Shown here: positions 1 to 9,567 of the stretch, in pieces
How positions within the stretch are numbered: the stretch's first letter is position 1
Layout of the letters: every line of letters starts with the position of its first letter
Source of the DNA: Obrimoposthia wandeli
Taxonomy: Eukaryota
DNA length: 64,000 nucleotides
NCBI GenBank assembly: GCA_977020255.1
Contig: CDROCS010002727.1
Span: 496,001 to 560,000, forward strand
Direction: 5' to 3'
The notes under the pieces: generated by a model
The model's input: the letters and a program-made list of their open reading frames with translations, nothing else
The model's database searches: none
Told to the model about the DNA's origin: nothing
Position numbers and translations under genes: made by a program

Positions 1-2
1 AC

Positions 3-341
3 TCAATCCAGCCAAAATATCATGCTGAAATAGTATCATCCGCGCCAAGTGTGATTACATCGATAAACGACGAAATTATAATTTTACTAAAAAATCGATG
101 GCCGTCATCAACCGAGATACGAGTAAATTTAATTAATTATGCGAAAACACCGATATCTAAGCTGAATGTTACCTATTTTGATGGATTGTCCATCATGGGT
201 AAATTGGAAACAATTGTCATGTGCTATGGAGCACAGTTCCAAGTTGAGATACTTAAAGATAGCGTAATACCGTATCCGATTCACAAATATGAAGGGGAAA
301 TCAATCCAATTATTCTAACCCCTTCATTAATTTCAGTTTAG
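3..341 (+). CDS. C-terminal part of an ORF that is open from the window edge; product unknown; part of the LTR-element accessory region
   Basis: The frame of the 51..341 ORF has no stop back to position 3 (SIQPKYHAEIVSSAPSVITS...). No recognisable motif. Confidence 0.45.
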   Translation, partial: SIQPKYHAEIVSSAPSVITSINDEIIILLKNRWPSSTEIRVNLINYAKTPISKLNVTYFDGLSIMGKLETIVMCYGAQFQVEILKDSVIPYPIHKYEGEINPIILTPSLISV

Positions 342-455
342 ACAGACATACCAGAATACCCTTCGAGCGAGTCTAGTCAAGACAGCGAACCGGAAAGTAA
401 CGATACAGAATCAACAGAATCCGAAGATAACATAATAGAGCGATTCGGAAGAACC

Positions 456-2264
456 ATGGAGGTTGAATTCGCTAAAGAAAACAGAAAAAGACAAAACATA
501 GAATTCGTGAAACAGAATATACAAGAAAGACGAATTAAATCTGCAGAAGAGACCGAGTCGGAAGAAGACTCAACAAAGGAACAGACATCAGAGACAAAGA
601 TGAATATTTCTCCAGCAATACGAATGCTGAGAGGGAAGAAACTGGCAAAACTATCCAACATCGACGAACAGATAGAGAAGAGATTAGAAAGACTAAAACT
701 TGAAGAGTCAGAATTATTGCCACCAATGAGCGAGATCATTCCAGATAAGTTATACCTCGGAAATGTGGAAGATGCAACAGATGAAAAGAAACTGTTGGAA
801 CAAGGGATAACATACGTGATCAATGTTACAATGAATCACAAATCACAATATCAGACAATCAGAGCTATGACATTAAGAGTAAAAGACTCAATGGACGCTA
901 ATCTTCTCGAATGGTTCGTAGAAACAAACGAAATACTTCACAGAGAACTCCGAAACCAAGGAAAAGTGTTGGTACATTGTCAGAAAGGAATTTCTCGATC
1001 AGCAACTCTAGTATTAGCATATCTAATAAAGACTAGGCGAATGCAGGTACTAGAAGCGCTAAAATACCTACAGGAAAGAAGAAGTATTGCAAACCCAAAT
1101 CTTAATTTTTTGGGACAGTTGGCAAATTACCAACTTCTGTTGCAAGAACAAAGACGGATGGACGACATTCCTGAGAATCCAAAGGAAAAGAATTTCCTCC
1201 AAGCATTATCGTTGACCGGGTTATTCTTAGCCGGAGTCGACAAAATTACACAGATAATGCCAAAAGTATTTTTATGTCATCCAGGAGATATAGATGCTGC
1301 TGGATTAAAGTTCCACAGTATCAACCGAGTAATCAACATTGTTGAAGTCGGAAACGAGATAATTAGTCTGTGTCAAAATACTGAAGACGACACCACTCGA
1401 TACATACATGCTTCCAATCGAGAGATAAACGATGCACAACAACATCTGACGAAATTGACTCAAACCATCCAAGCCGAAGTCACAGAAGGAAACGGCGTTC
1501 TGATATATCAGAAAAAAGGTACGATGTTAGCGCCTACCATAGGTGTATCCTTGTTGGTAGAGTACCATGGTCACACGCCAGAAGAAGCGATGGTCTACAT
1601 CAAACAGAATAGACCAGATACGGAATTCAAACCGTTACTCGTTCGAGAAATAGAGAAGTACGCCGAAAAGAGGAAGCAACAACGAGAAACAAATGAAGCT
1701 ACAACAACAGTGCCCAGCTTTCAATACCAAAGATTGCTAGCGATAGGCTTGTTAAGTTATCTAATGCCGATAACGGGAGCACAAGAGATAGGCTCCAACC
1801 ACGGAAATAGTTCCTGGTTCAACGAAATCCACAACTACACCATACAGTACCATACGCCGGCACTGATGATGCTATTAGTGTTGTTAGGATTAATTGATGT
1901 ATGGATCATCCGAAAATGTCTCCGATCTATGAGAACCGACAGTAAACGTTTTCAGTTTGTAAAGATGAAAAGACCAAATGGACCGATGAACAAAGTACTT
2001 GTGTATCTAGACGAAAGGATCGAGGATAACATAGTAAATGAAGCGATATTTTACCCACAAAACAGAATACTGAATCAATTCCAAATGGATTACGAAGCTG
2101 ACCGACAGCGCACCCTTGACCGAATATCAACAACATTCGTCGGATGCAAGCGAAGAAAACGAATTGTAAAGGAAATACAAAAAGATGCCGATACAAAAGG
2201 ACCGACGTATATATTCGACGGCGATGTCATCAAAGTACGTGAGTATGGAAGTAAGAATAATTGA
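456..2264 (+). CDS. Tandem dual-specificity phosphatase (one active, one degenerate DSP domain) fused to a membrane protein
   Basis: DSP1: IIPDKLYLGN...VINVT, DSMDANL, catalytic VLVHCQKGISRSATLVLAYL, AL.YL.ERRSIANPNLNFLGQL. DSP2: IMPKVFL...VINIV, VLIYQKKGTMLAPT (no catalytic Cys), EAMVYIKQNRP. Then hydrophobic segments LLAIGLLSYLMPITGA and ALMMLLVLLGLIDVWII. Intronless. Confidence 0.9.
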   Translation: MEVEFAKENRKRQNIEFVKQNIQERRIKSAEETESEEDSTKEQTSETKMNISPAIRMLRGKKLAKLSNIDEQIEKRLERLKLEESELLPPMSEIIPDKLYLGNVEDATDEKKLLEQGITYVINVTMNHKSQYQTIRAMTLRVKDSMDANLLEWFVETNEILHRELRNQGKVLVHCQKGISRSATLVLAYLIKTRRMQVLEALKYLQERRSIANPNLNFLGQLANYQLLLQEQRRMDDIPENPKEKNFLQALSLTGLFLAGVDKITQIMPKVFLCHPGDIDAAGLKFHSINRVINIVEVGNEIISLCQNTEDDTTRYIHASNREINDAQQHLTKLTQTIQAEVTEGNGVLIYQKKGTMLAPTIGVSLLVEYHGHTPEEAMVYIKQNRPDTEFKPLLVREIEKYAEKRKQQRETNEATTTVPSFQYQRLLAIGLLSYLMPITGAQEIGSNHGNSSWFNEIHNYTIQYHTPALMMLLVLLGLIDVWIIRKCLRSMRTDSKRFQFVKMKRPNGPMNKVLVYLDERIEDNIVNEAIFYPQNRILNQFQMDYEADRQRTLDRISTTFVGCKRRKRIVKEIQKDADTKGPTYIFDGDVIKVREYGSKNN

Positions 2265-3984
2265 AACGATGGAAGGACATAAAACATGCTTGTCCGCTAA
2301 AAATGGATTCGGAAAGTTGATGATACAAGGTAAACAGGTACAGTTGATTATCGGAAGAAATGGAATCGAGGAGATGTCAAAACAACGACAGACAACAAAA
2401 CGATCCAATCAGAAACAGATATCTCTCAAACGAATGATAATTAAAACCCTTTGCAAAAGGTCAGTCAAGGCCCTGTGCACCGTTGCACAAGGATTGATCT
2501 ACGGAGTAGTAATTCAATTAGTACTACAAGCCATGCCAACCAGTAAAGCTGAAATGATGACATTATACGAGTATAATCTACATTTGAGAAATCTAGACAA
2601 CACCCTCGAAATAATCAAGACGTCCCACAGTAAAGCCGTAAGGATCATGTGTGTAAAAGGATGTCCAGGACGAATGTGTATAGTTCCAGCGACCGAAATG
2701 AAAACACTTAATGAACATTATGGAGTTAGTATTGTCACATGTGAAGACTACACATTTGGACAAACTAAAATAGTACTTCTCAGTGACATGTCCAACCAAA
2801 GTGCACACAAATTTAAAATATTAACCATCAAGAGTAAAGGGATACCAGCAGTACGTTATGGTATTCTAGAATTGGTTAATCCAATACTCGCACTGATCAT
2901 TGGATTCATAATATTAATATTACTCATCTTGTTTTGTTGTACAAAAATAGAGTTGAGATCAAAAAAGAAACGTCATGATCTCGCAAGACGAACAGGTCAA
3001 ATGAATTTACAAAAATTCAACACAAGTATACCAAGACCACCATTTCTAGATGAACCAGCACCTGAGTACCAGCCAACGATATATGAACATATCGAGGAAA
3101 GACCGTACTATATGAGTAATTTGAGTTGTTTCATTGAAGTTCCTGAGTTTAGGAATCGAACGATCATAGGAATCATGCTAATCATACAAATTACCACTAC
3201 CAAGGCTAGTTATGAGATCATGATCAGTAAATGGAGACAAGACGTAATACGGGCAGTATACATAGAAATCCCCCTACTAAAAACAAATCACGTAGTAGAC
3301 ATTCATCTACAGACGTCAGCAACCGACAATATCGATCAGAAATTGTATGTCATCCGACAGGTCAGAATCAAGATCGACCAAAGTACACCCTACTACAAAC
3401 TGATATTATTCTATCATGAAAGAGTGTTATACCTACGGATAACAATATCAAAGAGAAAGCGGATTATCCAAAGTATCCGAACAAAGTCATTAATATTGCC
3501 TAGAGATGAGCGCATCTGGAAAATTGTCGACAGGATTATGATCACAGGTAGACGACATAAAGCCGTATGGAATTCCGTTAGAATATTTTTCAGATTACTA
3601 GAAACTGACAAAGTAACAGTATCGTGTCCCAATCCAGATGGCGGAATCAGATTCGAAATCCAAAACCAAATGTTAGTACCACATTTTAATACAGAATGTC
3701 TGTGTAATCGAATTCCCAGTAATACTACAGAGACCTCGACCATAATCATGGTAATAACAGGTGAAATATTCTACATAACTCTAAGATACCAGAACCGTCG
3801 ATTTCGTAGATCCGGTATAAGTATCAAACCCAGGAAAACCATTCCCAAAAAACCAATCCTAGTCAAAAAGAAGGCAAAAGTAAACGAAAGTAAACGCCAT
3901 TTTTCAAAAACCGAAAGTGATCAGAACAAAGACAGAAGCGAAAGAAAAAGAGCTCAATTCCAGAAACCAAAGTACAATTATTAA
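2185..3984 (+). CDS. Multi-segment membrane protein of unknown function (accessory ORF)
   Basis: 599-aa intronless ORF. Hydrophobic segments GLIYGVVIQLVLQA, ILALIIGFIILILLILFCC and IIGIMLIIQITTTKA, with a Cys-containing segment between the first two and a basic C-terminus. Confidence 0.7.
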   Translation: MPIQKDRRIYSTAMSSKYVSMEVRIIETMEGHKTCLSAKNGFGKLMIQGKQVQLIIGRNGIEEMSKQRQTTKRSNQKQISLKRMIIKTLCKRSVKALCTVAQGLIYGVVIQLVLQAMPTSKAEMMTLYEYNLHLRNLDNTLEIIKTSHSKAVRIMCVKGCPGRMCIVPATEMKTLNEHYGVSIVTCEDYTFGQTKIVLLSDMSNQSAHKFKILTIKSKGIPAVRYGILELVNPILALIIGFIILILLILFCCTKIELRSKKKRHDLARRTGQMNLQKFNTSIPRPPFLDEPAPEYQPTIYEHIEERPYYMSNLSCFIEVPEFRNRTIIGIMLIIQITTTKASYEIMISKWRQDVIRAVYIEIPLLKTNHVVDIHLQTSATDNIDQKLYVIRQVRIKIDQSTPYYKLILFYHERVLYLRITISKRKRIIQSIRTKSLILPRDERIWKIVDRIMITGRRHKAVWNSVRIFFRLLETDKVTVSCPNPDGGIRFEIQNQMLVPHFNTECLCNRIPSNTTETSTIIMVITGEIFYITLRYQNRRFRRSGISIKPRKTIPKKPILVKKKAKVNESKRHFSKTESDQNKDRSERKRAQFQKPKYNY

Positions 3985-4393
3985 GAGGACAAGAGTGAGG
4001 GGAACGATCCCACTAGATCCCAAACATCATTTCCAATCCAAAATAATAATACCTGTTCCATCAGAAACAAAACACCCAAATCCACGAATTTTTAGAAAAT
4101 CGGACATAATACATGGAAACCGATCAAAACCCATGGAAATGTCATTCGAACCGACAAACAACAAAATGAAGTATGATTATAAATCATCAGATAGCAGAAT
4201 AACAGCGGTCAATGCTCTAATTGGAATGGCCGTAGTGTCAACAGCAGTGGTTCTATTGACAATCGTGTGCGTGAAAGGCAGTCAAGTATGCCCAAGAATA
4301 CGACGAAAATGCGAAGGATTGCGATGCTGTGACACACCCACCATGGAGGAAGTGGAATTGCGACCCTTACCTCCGCCTCCCATCAAGATATGA
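3917..4393 (+). CDS. Small single-pass membrane protein; possibly the frameshifted end of the 2185-3984 ORF
   Basis: TM segment AVNALIGMAVVSTAVVLLTIVCV, juxtamembrane Cys residues and a PLPPPP tail. Overlaps the preceding ORF by 68 nt. Confidence 0.6.
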   Translation: MIRTKTEAKEKELNSRNQSTIIKRTRVRGTIPLDPKHHFQSKIIIPVPSETKHPNPRIFRKSDIIHGNRSKPMEMSFEPTNNKMKYDYKSSDSRITAVNALIGMAVVSTAVVLLTIVCVKGSQVCPRIRRKCEGLRCCDTPTMEEVELRPLPPPPIKI

Positions 4394-4515
4394 TAAGTCA
4401 GAGGAGATTGTAGATAATTAATGTATGAAATATGTAGAAATACCTAGAAGCAATTGTACAAATAGTAGAAATATATAAAACTCATGTAGAAATTAATCAT
4501 CATCATGTATTTAGA

Positions 4516-4815
4516 ATGGCCGAAGAATGCCCAATATGTTTGGAAGATCTAACCGAACGAAGAACAAGACCCGAAACCTGCAACCATTTACACCACGAGG
4601 AATGTTTATCGACATGGATCAGAACTTATGGACAGTTCGGACATCCAACATACCCTTGTTGCCCTGTATGCAGAAGACAATTCGCAAGATTCATCATGTT
4701 AGAACCCAACCAAGAGGATGTATATGTACAAGTGGTATTCTGTTGGAAGAATTTCGGAGAGTGTTGGTGTTATTACTGTTTGTCAGAACGACAAAATCCG
4801 ACCACTTTTGTGTAA
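4516..4815 (+). CDS. RING-H2 zinc-finger protein 1 (putative E3 ligase)
   Basis: CPIC...CNHLHHEEC...W...CPVC (C3H2C3), plus a C-terminal CWKNFGECWCYYC. Confidence 0.9.
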   Translation: MAEECPICLEDLTERRTRPETCNHLHHEECLSTWIRTYGQFGHPTYPCCPVCRRQFARFIMLEPNQEDVYVQVVFCWKNFGECWCYYCLSERQNPTTFV

Positions 4816-4875
4816 ACATCACACAATCACCAGTCCTCAATCGAGCCCAAATTCAACATCAACCCTCTCACAGTA

Positions 4876-5181
4876 ATGTCTGGAGAATGTTCCATCTGCT
4901 ACGAGAGCATCGTGGACTTCTACACCAAGCCCAACAACTGCGACCACCTTTTCCACATCGAATGCCTCGAGACGTGGATCCCCATCGCCAACAGCAACAA
5001 TCCCCTCGACTTCCCAACCTGCCCGATGTGCAGAGCGACCTTCTCAGTGCACTACGTGTACAACCAGGACAGCCTCCAAGCAGTGGTACCCATAGTACAC
5101 TGCTGGAAAACAATCTGCGATTGCTGGTGCTCGTTCTGCGTAGAGGAGCGACGCACAGGCCAGCCCAACTCCCAACAATAA
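4876..5181 (+). CDS. RING-H2 zinc-finger protein 2
   Basis: CSIC...CDHLFHIECLETW...CPMC, plus a C-terminal CWKTICDCWCSFC. Clear paralogue of RING1. Confidence 0.9.
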   Translation: MSGECSICYESIVDFYTKPNNCDHLFHIECLETWIPIANSNNPLDFPTCPMCRATFSVHYVYNQDSLQAVVPIVHCWKTICDCWCSFCVEERRTGQPNSQQ

Positions 5182-5535
5182 TCGAAGGTAACTTTCTGAC
5201 TTTGAACGTGACATCATGAACTACCCTGTGTATCGCATACCGCGATAAATTAGCTACCATAATTGTAATCATAATTGTATAATCTTGTGGAAACTGTAAA
5301 TTGACCATTACCATTTTTATGTATGTTGTTTAACTGAAATTGTAATTATTATACTGAAATTCTAAAAGACAATTTTTTTTATGCCTAGTGTGAGTGTGTA
5401 AACATGCCTAAAATCGGAACAAAACTCGGTAGGATTAAAAAACTAAGGGTTCGTTTTGAACTAAAATTTTAACCTTATAAATTAACGACGAAAACAGTTG
5501 AACCCCAAGTTGAAAGGAATTATTTTCTTGTGCAG

Positions 5536-6033
5536 ATGAAGTGTTCAGTCTGCCTGGAGAAAATTTGGACGGCATCGGCATCCCCTGTCGGCTGCCGTCA
5601 CAAATTCCACGAGTCGTGCCTCTATACTTGGGCCCGACTTCGACCCGAAGGCCACGTCACATGTCCGTTGTGCCGTGCTCCCTTCGCGGAGTGGACACTA
5701 CAATGTCGCGGACGCCACAAGGGCACTCATTCGCTCACCAGCTGTATTGGTGGCGAACATTGCCAATGCCCCGACTGCATCGCGCGCCGTCGCGACGCGA
5801 AACTCGCCCTCCGAGAGAAATGGCGATCAACCCGTGACTGCCGCTCATGGCAACGTGGTCGCCAAATATGGATCCAGAACCGCGGGGTCCACGGGAGATA
5901 CACGACCCTCTTCCACCCCAATCAGCACCTCAGCATGCCCCAGCAGATGGCCCTGTTCAACGGCAGGACTCCATCATATCCGGACCTACCACTGGAGCAG
6001 GTCTTGCTGTTCTTGAGAGACAGAAACAATTGA
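5536..6033 (+). CDS. RING-H2 zinc-finger protein 3 with a basic C-terminal extension
   Basis: ATG at 5536. CSVC...CRHKFHESCLYTW...CPLC, plus CIGGEHCQCPDC. Confidence 0.88.
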   Translation: MKCSVCLEKIWTASASPVGCRHKFHESCLYTWARLRPEGHVTCPLCRAPFAEWTLQCRGRHKGTHSLTSCIGGEHCQCPDCIARRRDAKLALREKWRSTRDCRSWQRGRQIWIQNRGVHGRYTTLFHPNQHLSMPQQMALFNGRTPSYPDLPLEQVLLFLRDRNN

Positions 6034-6296
6034 CAAATCCTTGACAATCACCCTTGATCCTTTCCCTTGTATAATTTTTAGTTTGACGTAGTAATAGTGT
6101 ATAAATTGAGACGTGTTCCAAATTATGCATTATAATTCCCACTAAAAACCGGGTTTTGGAAATTTTTTTTTTGGGCATGTTTGATGAATTGAATGACTGA
6201 TTTTTGTAGGGATGGACCTAAAATCAACAGCCAGAGGCTTATAAGAGTAAAATCGATACGTTCCGGGGACGTAACTTTTTTGGAACCCCCGAGATA

Positions 6297-8147
6297 TGTT
6301 AGATTTAGGAATTGAGAAATTATTAAAAAATTAAATAATTTATACTAAAATAAAATCCTTGAAAGCAAGGTTGAAAATTAAATATTTAGAAATTAAGTTA
6401 AAATATTAGGACTAAAATAAGGGGTAAATATTAAGAGGACAACGAAGGTCGTGTGTAGTGTGTTGTATATAAAGGTTAATTAGAAAATATTAAAGTGCAA
6501 AAAGAAATCAGCAAACAAAAAATTAGATTACCCAACTACGAAGAAATTATTCAGTCAACCACGTCGTCAGTCAATCAATAACGAACGTCAACAATTCCAC
6601 GTCAGCAACAGCTGTTTCGTGAGGTGAGTGACGATTTGTAATTCAGAAACTAACCATTGTCTTACAGGACTGCGAAAAGGGAGAGAAGAATAACTGAGTC
6701 AATCGATTTACAGAAATCAGCCAACCAGAGGAGCAAGACTATATATGTCTGAAATTATTATTATTGGGAAATAGAAATAACAATCATTGTCAAAAAAGTA
6801 GACGTAAGAAGAGGAACCATTCAAAAGAAAAAGAGAGAAGAAGAACAGACGCCACAAATTAGCCACAGATTATCAATACAATCATCATCTCGATAATTGC
6901 AGCACTCTTCCGAATTACGGCAAAACAGAGACGAATTGCAGCAAGAAAACAAGAAAAGTAAGAAAACCGCGACCTCATTTAGAAAAATTAAAAAAGGATT
7001 CGTGCAGAAACTGCGTCGGATATCGAGTTCTCGAGTTCACCGCTCTTGACCCGCGAACTTACGGAAGGGAAACCAGGAACCCCTAGACTCTATCTTTCGC
7101 TGCAGATTGGAAGGTGAGAAAAAATTGTTAGAAACTATATTGGATTCGCTAAGCGAAAGTTTTGAGACATTTAGTCTGATTTTGCTAATTTGAATTTTAA
7201 TAATTGTTTTGGGACATTTAGTCCGAATTTGTTAATTTGAATTTTAATAATTGTTTTGAGACATTTAAGTCCGAATTTGCTAATTTGAATTTTAATAATT
7301 GTTTTGAGACATTTAAGTCCGAATTTGTTAATTTGAATTTTAATAATTGTTTTGAGATATTTAGTCTGATTTTGCTAATTTGAATTTTAATAATTGTTTT
7401 GGGACATTTAGTCCGAATTTGTTAATTTGAATTTTAATAATTGTTTTGAGACATTTAAGTCCGAATTTGTTAATTTGAATTTTAATAATTGTTTTGGGAC
7501 ATTTAGTCCGAATTTGTTAATTCGAATTTTAATAATTGTTTTGAGACATTTAAGTCCGAATTTGTTAATTTGAATTTTAATAATTGTTTTGAGACATTTA
7601 GTCCGAATTTGTTAATTTGAATTTTAATAATTGTTTTGAGATATTTAGTCTGATTTTGCTAATTTGAATTTTAATAATTGTTTTGAAGCACTAGTCTGAA
7701 TTGTTAATTTGAATTTTAACTAAACTGAACTATTCCTAGTTAGAGCCACAGCTCTCTAAAATCAACCCCTATTTTCAGAATACGACTCTAGTAATAGAAA
7801 CAAACATAAACTAAAATCGATACGTGGTTCATCCCCACTTGTTGTAGAGACTTACAGAAGTCTTAGGAATTTTTACGATACTTTTTAGAAAATACGTACA
7901 TAAACGTATTGTTGTGTTTTAGTTTCGTGAGTTACCAATAAACGATTTCCTACATTAGAACAAGTTGTTTTTGAACCCCTCAGATTAAGAGACGTCAAAC
8001 CAAACACCTTCAGATAAGCAATAGAGATAGGCAACCATAACACTAAGTAGGCCACGACCAACTTTAAGACCTGCTTCTATTCGAACTCACGTTGGGGCCC
8101 TCCGCACACAAGAGGATCTATACAAGTCTCGTATAGAAACCCCAACA
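6297..8147 (+). mobile_element. Long LTR (~1.85 kb), likely the 3' LTR of a large retroelement carrying the ORFs at 1-6033
   Basis: TGTTAG...CCCAACA termini. Both ends are homologous to 61875-63941 (reverse strand), and the 3' end to 34850-34912, which is followed by a tRNA PBS. Confidence 0.8.
7160..7720. repeat. Minisatellite inside the LTR, 47-48-bp unit, about 12 copies
   Basis: Unit ttttgagacattta(a)gtccgaatttgttaatttgaattttaataattg, head-to-tail with no spacers. Confidence 0.95.
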
Positions 8148-8191
8148 ATTTGTTCGCATACATGTTGTACTAGTTAATACAGCCTTATTAA

Positions 8192-8702
8192 CATTCCTCG
8201 GAAAAATTCACGTCACATCCTCGGATCATTTTGACCCGCATAGAAAAATTCCTTGGGTCTTATTGTGCCAATAATATTGTAATAGATAAATTCAATAGCA
8301 GTTTGAAAAATTTATTATTTTACATATTAAAAATAATAGTAAGTATAGGTAAGTATGACACCAGATTCATATTGGGAAGAAATGAAAATATTGATGAATT
8401 TATAAACCTTTGGTTTGAAGAAGAGCAGTAGGAGTTTGTGGTTTTTTTTCGTATTTTGTTTTGAAACAATGCTTTGGCAAGATCAAATGACGTAAAATTG
8501 TCACAAATCAAGTATATGGGCTAAATTTAACAGATGGCACTGTGTAAAATCTGAAGAAAATAAAAATTTATTATCACAAACTATTTAATCTTATCGAAAA
8601 ATAAAAGTCACGGAACGACATATCGTTATCACAATAAAAATAGAAGTTATGGGCAAAATTAGTTCACTTTCGGGCTAAAATGACCCGAAGAGCCGAGGAA
8701 GG
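8192..8702. mobile_element. piggyBac-like non-autonomous element (MITE)
   Basis: Flanked by TTAA (8188-8191 and 8703-8706). Imperfect TIRs cattcctcgg / ccgaggaagg with subterminal tcattttgacccg / cgggctaaaatgacccg. Confidence 0.6.
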
Positions 8703-9295
8703 TTAAAGAGACTATCGAGATTTTGAAGTCAGTCCAGAATAGTAAAAAATATGTAAAGATCCATAATTATTTTGAGATGTTCATTCAGAACTGAGTTCTG
8801 TCTGATTCTGAAATTATAGGCATTTTCAACATATCCACTGGATAAGATTCAGTAGCAGTACCATCCTCGAGATTTTATTTTTAGAACAAATAGTTCGTAT
8901 CTGTTTTAAAAAATATGATATAAGATCAAAATTATTCAACAATTCATTAGAAAAAAAGACGCTAATCCCAAAAGTGTTTTTATATCACTTTTCAAGTAAA
9001 TGAATGATAAATATGTTTTGGTAATATAAACTTTTGATAATCCCAACACTAAAATAAGTATTCTTATTCGATAAAAGCTGAATCTAGCAAAATTAAAATG
9101 TCCTAAACACGTTAAATCATTTAAAAAAATCAAACTACTACCAACGTAAAGATGGCGTTGACAAAAATTGACCTTCGTAAACTACGTACAAGAGTCGAGT
9201 ATTCACTGTAAAAGATATTAGTCTAAATAAAAACCACATGGTTAAATATATAATTTAGATATACATATACAAATATCTTTATAAATAAGCACTTT

Positions 9296-9567
9296 TAAAC
9301 TGTAAAATGCTCAGAAACCATTATGTCTGATTAGCTGATTCCAATACAATTATTTGCACTTAATATTACACAAAAGATACAGAGATATTCTATTTCAACG
9401 GCGGTTCTACCCTTAATTTGATCAAAAATTAAATATATTTTCAGATTTTTCATAATATAGATCTCAAAATATTTTTATAAATAAACACATTTAAACTGTA
9501 AAATGCTCAGAAACCATCCTGTCCGATTAGCTGATTCCAATAAAATTATTTGCACTAGATATTACAC
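9296..9567. repeat. Local duplication of a ~75-bp core at ~196-bp spacing
   Basis: taaactgtaaaatgctcagaaaccat...gattagctgattccaata occurs at ~9296 and ~9492. Confidence 0.7.

Noticed and set aside
377-823. 148-aa minus-strand ORF
   Set aside because: Ser/Phe-rich antisense shadow of the A-rich DSP ORF.
4527-5219. 230-aa alternative-frame ORF across RING1 and RING2 (and similar overlaps on RING3)
   Set aside because: No motif, and it overlaps two clear RING genes. Splicing from the 5188 donor would not put it in frame with RING3.
7160-7720. CRISPR-like appearance of this array and of 62335-63260
   Set aside because: The units are contiguous with no unique spacers, there are no cas genes, and the context is a eukaryotic LTR.
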